Made by a program: the position numbers and the translations under genes. The notes under the pieces are model-generated. The model was given only the letters and a program-made list of their open reading frames with translations. It searched no databases and was not told the origin of the DNA. DNA of 64,000 nucleotides from an uncultured Paraflavitalea sp. (lineage in GTDB: Bacteria; Bacteroidota; Bacteroidia; Chitinophagales; Chitinophagaceae), in NCBI GenBank assembly GCA_966211765.1, contig CBIHOV010000011.1, positions 109,444 to 173,443 of the forward strand, written 5' to 3'. Shown here piece after piece: positions 8,094-16,118 of the stretch (within the stretch, counting starts at the first letter, position 1; every line of letters begins with the position of its first letter).

Positions 8094-8142
8094 CTGTATT
8101 CTATATCCTGTATTCTGTATTCTTCTTTGCCCCATTGCCTTA
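8094..8142 (+). repeat. phased heptamer array H1
   Basis: CTGTATT CTATATC CTGTATT CTGTATT CTTCTTT GCCCCAT TGCCTTA in an exact 7-nt register. It lies between R1-A and the HAD gene start. Confidence 0.55.
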
Positions 8143-8152
8143 TTTTTGATCC

Positions 8153-8779
8153 ATGCAACAGATCCAAAACATCATTTTCGACCTCGGCGGCGTACTCCTC
8201 AACCTCGATATGCAGAAAACAGAGACCGCCTTCACTGAAATGGGCGTAAAGAAATTTAAAGACCTCTTTGCATTGGGGCATGCCGCTTCCTTCTTCAAAG
8301 AATATGAAGTGGGCAGTATCAACGATGATGAATTTATTACGGCTTTACAAAACCTGGCTGGAATTCAGGCTGAACGGTCGACAGTAATTGCTGGCTGGAA
8401 TGCCATGTTGCGTGATTTTCCGACAGAACGCATTGAGTTATTGGTCCGTCTGAAAAAGAACTACAGGATCTTCCTCTTCAGTAATACCAATGCCATTCAC
8501 CTCACTGCTTTTCAGAAAACCTACAGTGATACCTTTGGTGGTAACCTGCTGGATACTCTTTTTGAAAAAACCTGGTATTCACACGACATCAAGCGGCGTA
8601 AGCCCGATGTAAAAGCATTTGAGTATGTGCTGCAGGATGCACAGCTGGTACCCCACGAAACCTTATTTATTGATGATGCCCTCGTCAATGTGGAAGGCGC
8701 CAGGGCGGCCGGTATGCAAGGTTATCACCTGGAACCCGGTAAAACAGTGCTGGAAATAGGTGAAAAATTGCTCTCCTGA
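8153..8779 (+). CDS. HAD-superfamily hydrolase (subfamily IA-like)
   Basis: 208 aa. Motif I is IIFDLGGVL, followed by SNTN and a C-terminal LFIDDAL. Confidence 0.82.
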   Translation: MQQIQNIIFDLGGVLLNLDMQKTETAFTEMGVKKFKDLFALGHAASFFKEYEVGSINDDEFITALQNLAGIQAERSTVIAGWNAMLRDFPTERIELLVRLKKNYRIFLFSNTNAIHLTAFQKTYSDTFGGNLLDTLFEKTWYSHDIKRRKPDVKAFEYVLQDAQLVPHETLFIDDALVNVEGARAAGMQGYHLEPGKTVLEIGEKLLS

Positions 8780-8834
8780 ACTATCTGCCATGAGTGCGTA
8801 GACAAAAGATCGTGAACGATTTCCGCCAATAGGG

Positions 8835-8869
8835 GCTCGTAGCTCGCAGCTCAAGGCTCGTAGCTAGCT
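8835..8869. repeat. phased heptamer array H2
   Basis: GCTCGTA GCTCGCA GCTCAAG GCTCGTA GCTAGCT, five units in exact 7-nt phase. It lies between the convergent stops at 8779 and 8873. Confidence 0.6.
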
Positions 8870-8872
8870 TCC

Positions 8873-9136
8873 CTACTTTATCTCTTCGAAATCAATGTAA
8901 TCGCCCGATTTTTCCTGGGGAGTTGGGCTTGGCCGTTGCTGGGCCTTTGCAGATTGCTGGAATGGCTGCTGCTGCTGCTGCTGCTGGGACTGGTTTTGAG
9001 CCTGGTGCATATTGTTTTGAAATTCTCTTACCTGCCGCCTCATTTGCCGCGAAACCTTGAAAATGGGCAACAGGAAATTGAATACAAACCTGTACACGAA
9101 ATAACCAAGCAATATCCAGAGAATAACACGTAACAT
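8873..9136 (-). CDS. DUF4834-family small membrane protein
   Basis: 87 aa with an N-terminal TM helix, a Gln-rich middle and the C-terminal SGDYIDFEEIK typical of DUF4834. Confidence 0.65.
   Translation of the reverse strand: MLRVILWILLGYFVYRFVFNFLLPIFKVSRQMRRQVREFQNNMHQAQNQSQQQQQQQPFQQSAKAQQRPSPTPQEKSGDYIDFEEIK
8966..8983. repeat. (CTG)6 trinucleotide microsatellite inside the DUF4834 gene
   Basis: CTGCTGCTGCTGCTGCTG encodes the poly-Gln tract on the minus strand. Confidence 0.9.
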
Positions 9137-9341
9137 AATATTTGCAAATGTACTATCTAATGACTGAAAAAACTGTTAAAGAGTACAACAGTCCAGCCCC
9201 TGGTTTTGTTGAATAATAGCCCCTACAATGAGGTGCTTTGGATCGGCGCCAGATTTCCTGACGCACTGCTATACGCTATTGGCGGCCGATAAATGCCCGT
9301 ACACTCTTTTTCAGGATTTGGAGTGAATATATTATTTACCT

Positions 9342-9349
9342 TACATTTG
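9342..9349 (+). promoter_or_regulatory. -7 promoter box for rimP-nusA-infB
   Basis: TACATTTG matches TAnnTTTG. It is 20 nt upstream of the leader hairpin. Confidence 0.45.
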
Positions 9350-9369
9350 CATTGGAAAAAGATGAAAAG

Positions 9370-9396
9370 AGAAGGGAACGGGGTCCGTTCCCTTCT
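9370..9396 (+). terminator. terminator-like leader hairpin of the rimP operon
   Basis: AGAAGGGAACGG-GGT-CCGTTCCCTTCT forms a perfect 12-bp stem followed by TTATTT. It ends 10 nt before the ATG at 9406. Confidence 0.65.
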
Positions 9397-9405
9397 TTAT
9401 TTCCT

Positions 9406-9885
9406 ATGCTGGTTATGATTATGGACACCCAAGTTTCGACGATTGAAAAAATGGTGTTGGATATATTGGCCGATGATCCGGTACATTTCCTGGTAGAAAT
9501 AAGGATTAAGCCCACCAACAATGTAAAAGTCTTCCTGGACGGAGACAACGGTATTACAATTGAAAAATGCATTAGCATTAACCGCGCTTTATACAAAAAA
9601 CTGGAAGAGGCGGCTATTTTCCCCGGTGATGACTTTTCCCTCGAAGTCTCCTCATCCGGACTGGATGAGCCCCTCAAAATGTTTCGCCAGTATAAAAAAA
9701 ATGCGGGCAGGCTGGTAGAAGTGTTGCTGAAAGATGGAATCAAAGTAGATGGAAAGCTGCTCGAGGTGCATGAAAATGAGATTGTAATAGAAGAGACCAA
9801 AGGAAAGAACAAGAAGAAAGAAGTGATATTGCACCGCTTACCTTTTGACACGATTAAATCAACTAAAATTCAAATAGTGTTTTAA
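9406..9885 (+). CDS. rimP: ribosome maturation factor RimP
   Basis: RimP-like sequence (VHFLVEIRIKPTNNVKVFLDGDNGITIEKCISINRAL), and gene order rimP-nusA-infB. The start is ambiguous (ATG at 9406, 9415 or 9421). The track start at 9352 would read through the hairpin. Confidence 0.8.
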   Translation: MLVMIMDTQVSTIEKMVLDILADDPVHFLVEIRIKPTNNVKVFLDGDNGITIEKCISINRALYKKLEEAAIFPGDDFSLEVSSSGLDEPLKMFRQYKKNAGRLVEVLLKDGIKVDGKLLEVHENEIVIEETKGKNKKKEVILHRLPFDTIKSTKIQIVF

Positions 9886-9971
9886 GCCCCGGAGGCTCGT
9901 CCCCTGCAATCCCGCATACTGCGAAAAGAAGAGGACTCATATTCCGGTGAACAAGTTTAAAAATGTAGTAT

Positions 9972-11219
9972 ATGGCAAGTATTAACCTTATTGAGGCTTT
10001 CCAGGAGTTTAAGGAAGCGGAAAATATTGACCGTCCCACAATGATGAAAGTGGTAGAAGACGTGTTTAAAACATTGCTGCGCAAGAAGTTTGGCAGCGAT
10101 GAAAATTTTGACGTTATCGTAAACGCTGAAAAGGGTGACTTGGAAATCATGCGTCGCCGTACTATTGTGGAAGATGGTTCAGTACAGGATCCCCTTGCAG
10201 AAGTGGCCTACAGCGAAGCCGTAAGAGTAGCCCCCGACTTTGAAGTGGGTGAAGAACTATATGAGGAAGTGAACATCCTCGATTTCGGTCGCCGCGCTAT
10301 CCTGGCTGCCAAACAAACGCTGGCCAGCCGTATCAGCGACCTGAAAAAGAACGTACTCGTTAAGAAATATGGTGACCGCGTAGGCGATATCATCAGCGCA
10401 GAAGTATACCAGGTATGGAAAAAAGAGATCCTCATGCTCGATGAGGAGAGCAATGAATTAATATTGCCCAAATCAGAGCAAATACCCCAGGATTACTTCA
10501 AAAAAGGAGAAAATACCCGCGCCGTAGTAAAGAAAGTTGAACTAAAAAATAACTCACCCGTCATCATCCTTTCCCGTACTTCTCCCTCTTTCCTGGCTAA
10601 ATTGCTGGAAATTGAGGTGCCGGAAATCTTTGATGGTTTGATTGTTATCAAAAAGATCGTTCGCGAACCCGGTGAAAGAGCTAAAGTGGCCGTAGAATCT
10701 TATGATGACCGTATCGATCCCGTAGGCGCCTGCGTAGGTATGAAAGGTAGCCGTATCCATGGTATCGTACGCGAATTGAAAAATGAGAACATCGACGTTA
10801 TCAACTGGACCAATAATATTCAACTCCTTATCCAGCGGTCATTAACGCCTGCAAAAATTACCAGCATGGAGCTGGACAACGATAAGAAGCAGGCAAATGT
10901 CTATCTGAAGCCCGACCAGGTATCCCTGGCCATTGGCAAAAAAGGGGTAAATATTAAGCTGGCACAAGAGTTAACTGGTTACAGCATAGACGTTTATCGT
11001 GATACTGAAGGCGAACCCCAGGAGTTTGACATCGACCTCGAAGAGTTCAGCGATGAGATCGAAACCTGGATCATTGATGAGTTCAAACGCATTGGTTGCG
11101 ATACTGCCCGCAGTGTACTCGACCTTACCGCCGAAGAGCTGGAGCGCAGAACCGACCTGGAAAGAGAAACTATCGACGAAGTACGGAAAGTGTTGAAAGC
11201 AGAGTTTGACAAAGAATAG
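9972..11219 (+). CDS. nusA: transcription termination/antitermination factor NusA
   Basis: 415 aa with an N-terminal NusA domain, an S1 domain and two KH blocks (GACVGMKGSRIHGIVREL; AIGKKGVNIKLAQELTG). Confidence 0.95.
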   Translation: MASINLIEAFQEFKEAENIDRPTMMKVVEDVFKTLLRKKFGSDENFDVIVNAEKGDLEIMRRRTIVEDGSVQDPLAEVAYSEAVRVAPDFEVGEELYEEVNILDFGRRAILAAKQTLASRISDLKKNVLVKKYGDRVGDIISAEVYQVWKKEILMLDEESNELILPKSEQIPQDYFKKGENTRAVVKKVELKNNSPVIILSRTSPSFLAKLLEIEVPEIFDGLIVIKKIVREPGERAKVAVESYDDRIDPVGACVGMKGSRIHGIVRELKNENIDVINWTNNIQLLIQRSLTPAKITSMELDNDKKQANVYLKPDQVSLAIGKKGVNIKLAQELTGYSIDVYRDTEGEPQEFDIDLEEFSDEIETWIIDEFKRIGCDTARSVLDLTAEELERRTDLERETIDEVRKVLKAEFDKE

Positions 11220-11304
11220 TTGAGACGTTGAGCAGGTCAAAAGAAGTTTAAACCATGCAGTTGGCCTAATTTGTGGCACATTTGCAAAGTATATTCAGGA
11301 AATG

Positions 11305-11342
11305 ACTTTTATGACGCCTGAAGATTGATGAACTTTTATGAC
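11305..11342 (+). repeat. 11-nt direct repeat in the nusA-infB spacer
   Basis: ACTTTTATGAC occurs at 11305-11315 and again at 11332-11342, 27 nt apart start to start. Confidence 0.7.
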
Positions 11343-11417
11343 CTTTATTGCCTGTTTGACTGATTAATTTTCATTGCCAGACAGCAAACAAAACAAAAAA
11401 TTGTCTTACAATAACGA

Positions 11418-14400
11418 ATGGCAGAATTATTAACACCCAGATTAATGGCCGCGGCCAAAGAGTTTAACATCGGTAAAGAAACACTGGTGGACTTTTTGGT
11501 GGGCAAGGGATTTGACAAAGACGAACTGAAGCCTACGTCAAAACTGTCGGAGGATATGTATCGTGCTTTGCAACAGGAGTTCCAAAGCGATAAGGTGGCG
11601 AAGCTGAAGAGTGACCAGATCGATCTTCCAAAAGGAAGCCTGGAGGCCAAGAAAAAGAAAGAAGAGGAAACCATTGTATTCAAAAAAGATACACCGGCTC
11701 CTAAAAAAGAAGAAGAGAAGAAGGAAGAGAAAAAAGAAGAGCTGCCGCCCCAGCCGCCTGTAGTCGTGGAAGAACCCAAAGTGGTAACTCCTCCTCCTCC
11801 TGTGGTGGAAGAGCCTGCTCAACCTGAGGTGATTAAAGCCGAAGCCCCTGAAATAGAAGGGCCTAAAGTATTTGACAAAATCGATCTTTCTGCCATAGAT
11901 TCTTCTACAAGGCCCAAGAAAAATGTAAAGAAGAAAGAAGAAGAGATAAAGCCTGAGCCACAGCCCGAAGAAAAAGTGGAGCCACCCGTTGTAGCAGAAG
12001 AGCCAAAGCCGGAAAAGAAAGAAGAGAAGAAAAAAGAGGAAAAAGAACCCGAGCCCATTAAGGAAAAAGAAGTGGTGGCCGAAGTTCCCGAAGTAGTAGC
12101 TGTTGTTGAGCCCAAAGAAGAACCCAAGGCGCCCGTAGCACCAGTAATTGAAGAAAAAGAAGAAACAGGACCCGTTATAGAAAATATTAAAGCCGAAAAG
12201 CTGGAAGGGCCTAAGATCCTCGGCAAGATCCAGTTACCAGTGGTTGGAGGCGACAATCGCCCCAAGCTACAGAGCCCGCAACCTCAGATTCAAAATCAAG
12301 GTGGAGCAGCAGCAGGTGCCAACAGCGACGAAAAACGCAAGCGCAAACGTATCCCCATCGAAAAGAAGGATACCCAAACGCCGCAGCAACGTGCTCAGCA
12401 TCTGTTCAAAAAGCCCGAAGGAACCCAACAACGCCAGCAAGGCGGCGGACATGGTCAGCAAGGCCATGGCGGCCAGCAAGGTCAGGGCGGCGGGCAGTTC
12501 AGGCCAGGCCAAAATCGTGGAGGCCATAGCGCCCCCCGCACAGGACGTCCCACCATTACACGGGAACCTAAAGAGATCAACGAAAAAGAGATCCAGAATA
12601 AGATACGTGAAACCCAGGCCAAACTGGCCGGTACCGGTGGCCGCGGTAAGAGCCTGAAGGCTAAATACCGTCGTGAAAAACGCCAGGAACATGCCGATCA
12701 GGGTGCAGATGATATGCAGGACAACAAGCTGCAGGTAACCGAATTCATCAGTGTAAGCGAACTCGCTACCCTCATGGATGTCAACTTTGCAGAAGTTATC
12801 AGCAAGTGTATGAGCCTCGGACTAATGGTGTCTATTAACCAGCGCCTGGATGCGGAAGTTATTGAACTCGTAGCCAATGAATTCGGATATGATGTAGAAT
12901 TCATTGACATGGAGAAGCAAATGGAAATGGAGGAAGAGGAGGAAGACGACAATGAAGAAGATCTCCTGCCACGCGCGCCCATCGTAACCATCATGGGGCA
13001 CGTTGACCACGGTAAAACATCTTTGCTCGACTATATCCGTAGCGCCAATGTGGTAGCCGGTGAGTCCGGAGGTATTACCCAGCACATCGGTGCCTATGAA
13101 GTTACCCTGGCCAATAGCAAAAAGATCGCCTTCCTCGATACACCTGGTCACGAAGCGTTTACCGCCATGCGTGCCCGTGGTGCAAAAGTTACCGATATCG
13201 CAGTTATTGTAATTGCTGCTGATGATGCGGTGATGCCACAAACCCGTGAGGCCATCAGTCACGCACAGGCTGCCAATGTGCCCATGATCTTTGCGATCAA
13301 TAAAATAGATAAGGACGGCGCAAACGCCAAGAAGATCTACGAACAATTAGCTGGCATGAACCTCCTCGTGGAAGAATGGGGTGGTAAATACCAAAGCCAG
13401 GAACTGAGCGCCAAAAAAGGCCTCAACGTAGACCTCCTCCTGGAAAAAATATTGCTCGAAGCTGAACTGCTGGACCTCAAAGCCAACCCCAACAAGGGAG
13501 CCGGTGGTACCATCATTGAAGCTACCCTCGATAAAGGTCGTGGTTACGTAGCCACTGTACTTGTACAGAATGGTACTCTCAAACAGGGAGATCTGGTGGT
13601 ATCCGGTCAGCACTATGGCCGTGTAAAAGCCATGTTCAATGAACGTAACAAACGCGTGGACGACGCACCTCCTTCTACACCGGTACTGATACTCGGTCTG
13701 AATGGTGCCCCCCAGGCTGGTGAGAAATTCAAAGTGTACCTCGATGAGGCCGAAGCCAAAGAAGTGGCCAATCGCCGTGCACAGATCCTTCGTGAACAAG
13801 GTATTCGCACCAAGAAACATATTACCCTCGATGAGATCGGTCGCCGTCTGGCACTGGGCAACTTTAAACAGTTGAACCTCATTATCAAGGGTGACGTGGA
13901 TGGATCGGTAGAAGCCTTGACCGACTCATTGCAGAAACTCTCTACCCAGGAGATCGTGGTGAGCGTTGTATTGAAAGGCGTGGGTGCCATCACTGAAAGT
14001 GATGTATTGCTCGCTACTGCCTCCGATGCCATCATCGTTGGTTTTAACGTACGCCCATCCGCACAGGCAGCACGCCTGGCAGAAGGCGAAGGCGTGGAAA
14101 TCAAACTGTACTCCATCATCTACAACGCTATTGATGAGATCAAGAGCGCCATGGAAGGGATGTTGGAACCCAAAATACAGGAGAAGATCGTGGCCAACGT
14201 TGAAGTACGCAACGTATTCAAATTTGATAAAGCTACCGTGGCCGGATGTTATGTACTTGATGGAAAGATCCAGCGTAACTCGAAGATCCGCGTTATCCGC
14301 GACGGTATCGTAGCATATCCCAAAGGCGAAGGCCAAAGTGCCGAACTCGCATCACTCAAGCGCTTTAAAGACGATGTCAAAGAAGTTCCATCCAATATGG

Positions 14401-14492
14401 AATGCGGCTTGACTGTGAAGAACTTTAGTGATATCCAGGTAGGCGACATTATTGAAGCCTTTGAAGAAGAAGAAGTTAAGAGAACATTATAA
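11418..14492 (+). CDS. infB: translation initiation factor IF-2
   Basis: 1024 aa. The N-terminal region is Lys/Glu/Pro-rich and low-complexity. G domain motifs [20 protein letters not shown] and NKID are present. Confidence 0.96.
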   Translation: MAELLTPRLMAAAKEFNIGKETLVDFLVGKGFDKDELKPTSKLSEDMYRALQQEFQSDKVAKLKSDQIDLPKGSLEAKKKKEEETIVFKKDTPAPKKEEEKKEEKKEELPPQPPVVVEEPKVVTPPPPVVEEPAQPEVIKAEAPEIEGPKVFDKIDLSAIDSSTRPKKNVKKKEEEIKPEPQPEEKVEPPVVAEEPKPEKKEEKKKEEKEPEPIKEKEVVAEVPEVVAVVEPKEEPKAPVAPVIEEKEETGPVIENIKAEKLEGPKILGKIQLPVVGGDNRPKLQSPQPQIQNQGGAAAGANSDEKRKRKRIPIEKKDTQTPQQRAQHLFKKPEGTQQRQQGGGHGQQGHGGQQGQGGGQFRPGQNRGGHSAPRTGRPTITREPKEINEKEIQNKIRETQAKLAGTGGRGKSLKAKYRREKRQEHADQGADDMQDNKLQVTEFISVSELATLMDVNFAEVISKCMSLGLMVSINQRLDAEVIELVANEFGYDVEFIDMEKQMEMEEEEEDDNEEDLLPRAPIVTIMGHVDHGKTSLLDYIRSANVVAGESGGITQHIGAYEVTLANSKKIAFLDTPGHEAFTAMRARGAKVTDIAVIVIAADDAVMPQTREAISHAQAANVPMIFAINKIDKDGANAKKIYEQLAGMNLLVEEWGGKYQSQELSAKKGLNVDLLLEKILLEAELLDLKANPNKGAGGTIIEATLDKGRGYVATVLVQNGTLKQGDLVVSGQHYGRVKAMFNERNKRVDDAPPSTPVLILGLNGAPQAGEKFKVYLDEAEAKEVANRRAQILREQGIRTKKHITLDEIGRRLALGNFKQLNLIIKGDVDGSVEALTDSLQKLSTQEIVVSVVLKGVGAITESDVLLATASDAIIVGFNVRPSAQAARLAEGEGVEIKLYSIIYNAIDEIKSAMEGMLEPKIQEKIVANVEVRNVFKFDKATVAGCYVLDGKIQRNSKIRVIRDGIVAYPKGEGQSAELASLKRFKDDVKEVPSNMECGLTVKNFSDIQVGDIIEAFEEEEVKRTL

Positions 14493-14501
14493 AAAATCAA
14501 G

Positions 14502-14532
14502 CAGTGGGTCTTCTGTCAAAGACGGCCCACTG
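14502..14532 (+). terminator. infB terminator (GGGTC...GCCCA hairpin family)
   Basis: CAGTGGGTCTTC-TGTCAAA-GACGGCCCACTG has a 12-position stem with one mismatch and one G-U, followed by TTTCATTTT. Confidence 0.7.
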
Positions 14533-14626
14533 TTTCATTTTCACTCCGGCTTCAGGCTGCCTTACTTATCCGGCAAATTTTTGTTAATTAACAACCACCC
14601 TGTCCTTAATTGTCTTGCCCAAAAGG

Positions 14627-14634
14627 TATTTTTG
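14627..14634 (+). promoter_or_regulatory. -7 promoter box
   Basis: TATTTTTG (TAnnTTTG), 17 nt before the ATG at 14652. Confidence 0.4.
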
Positions 14635-14651
14635 GGTTTATCCTGATTAAT

Positions 14652-16004
14652 ATGAAGCAACTTTTAACCGTATTTGCTGCCCTCTTGTTGGTAACTGCCG
14701 CGTTTGCACAGGCGCCCCGTAAAGTAGTAGCCGATAAAATTGTAGGTATAGTAGGGGATAAGATCATATTACGTTCTGACGTATACAATGAGATCCTCGA
14801 CAGACAGCGTCGCCAGGAAGCCATTCCCGACAATGCTGAATGTTATATCCTCGAGCAGATCCTCGGCATGAAAGCCCTCGTATTACAGGCTGAAAAAGAC
14901 TCCCTCTTAGTGACAGATGACGAACTCGAAGCCCTGCTGGACAACCGTATCCGCGCCTTCATCCAGATGTACGGCGGCAAGGACAACCTCGAGCAAATTG
15001 CAGGTCGTACCATTTACCAGATCAAAGAAGACTTCCGCCAATCCATTAAAGAAGGCAAAATGGCGGAAAATATGCGCGATAAGATCGTAGGCAGCCTCAA
15101 GATCACCCCTCAGGAAGTAAAAGAATATTGGGATAAGATCCCCAAAGACAGCCTCTTGTTTTATGAATCAGAAGTGGAAGTAGGAGAGATCGTGCTCTAT
15201 CCAAAACCAAGTCGTGACCTGGAAAAGCTGACCATTGATGAATTGAACGACTTTAAACAACAGGTCGAATCCGGAAGACAGAAGTTCGAAACGCTCGCAA
15301 GATTATATACAGAGGATGGTACCAAAGAAGGTGGTGGTCGCATGGCCATCAATCGTACCGAGAAAAACTGGGATCCTACATTTCTTAACAACGCTTTCCG
15401 CTTGAAAGAGAAACAAGTATCTCCGGTTTTTAAATCAAAATTCGGTTACCACATCGTATACATGGAAAGCCGTTCCGGTGATGATGCCATTGTGCGTCAC
15501 ATCATACGTATGCCCAAAATTACCGATGCCGAAATAACCGAATCGATTGATAGACTTGATACTGTCCGCGCAAAACTCATAGCCGGTACCCTTACATTTG
15601 GTGAAGCCGTTAATAAATACAGCGATGATGAGAACTCAAAGTTCACAGGCGGTATGCATCCTCCCGTAACCATCGACCAGCTCGACAAGGAAATGGTAGA
15701 GATGATGGGCAAGACCAATATGAAAGTTGGTGACTTCTCAAAACCAACACCTTTCACCGATGAACGTAAAAAACAAGGTGTCCGTATCGTTTACCTCAAA
15801 TCAAGAACACAACCACACCGCGAAAACCTGAAAGATGATTATGACCGGGTTGCTCAAAGAGCACTGGAAATGAAAAAACAACAGGCCCTCGAAAAGTGGT
15901 TCGCTTCCAAGATCCCTTCCTACTACCTCATGGTAGACAATGATTTCACCCATTGCGCTAACCTAAGCCATTGGTACCAGTACGCTGCAAAGGCTGCTAA
16001 ATAG
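14652..16004 (+). CDS. SurA-like periplasmic peptidylprolyl isomerase (parvulin/PpiC type)
   Basis: Signal peptide MKQLLTVFAALLLVTAAFAQ and parvulin block FGYHIVYM. I prefer the start at 14652 over the track start at 14610. Confidence 0.8.
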   Translation: MKQLLTVFAALLLVTAAFAQAPRKVVADKIVGIVGDKIILRSDVYNEILDRQRRQEAIPDNAECYILEQILGMKALVLQAEKDSLLVTDDELEALLDNRIRAFIQMYGGKDNLEQIAGRTIYQIKEDFRQSIKEGKMAENMRDKIVGSLKITPQEVKEYWDKIPKDSLLFYESEVEVGEIVLYPKPSRDLEKLTIDELNDFKQQVESGRQKFETLARLYTEDGTKEGGGRMAINRTEKNWDPTFLNNAFRLKEKQVSPVFKSKFGYHIVYMESRSGDDAIVRHIIRMPKITDAEITESIDRLDTVRAKLIAGTLTFGEAVNKYSDDENSKFTGGMHPPVTIDQLDKEMVEMMGKTNMKVGDFSKPTPFTDERKKQGVRIVYLKSRTQPHRENLKDDYDRVAQRALEMKKQQALEKWFASKIPSYYLMVDNDFTHCANLSHWYQYAAKAAK

Positions 16005-16118
16005 GTGTAAACACTTATGGTCGATAGAAAGTAGGATTACTTGACCAATAAGCAGTCCCTTTAAAGTAAATTGGTAGGTATTAACCATTAAGATCACTAC
16101 CTGTAGTCCCTAACGGTA

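Noticed and set aside
7978-8322. Several 60-127-aa ORFs on both strands between paaE and the HAD gene.
   Set aside because: They are built from R1 copy A and heptamer array H1, or overlap the HAD gene in antisense. None has protein-like features.
9352-9405. N-terminal extension of rimP in the ORF track (MEKDEKRRERGPFPSLFP...).
   Set aside because: The extension is the translated 12-bp palindrome plus its U-tract, and it begins only about 3 nt after the predicted -7 box. RimP homology starts after 9406.
14618-14636. The hairpin CCCAAAA-GGTAT-TTTTGGG before the SurA-like gene.
   Set aside because: It is a weak AT-rich stem, and the same bases form a good TAnnTTTG -7 box (14627-14634) at the right distance from the ATG. 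The promoter reading is preferred.
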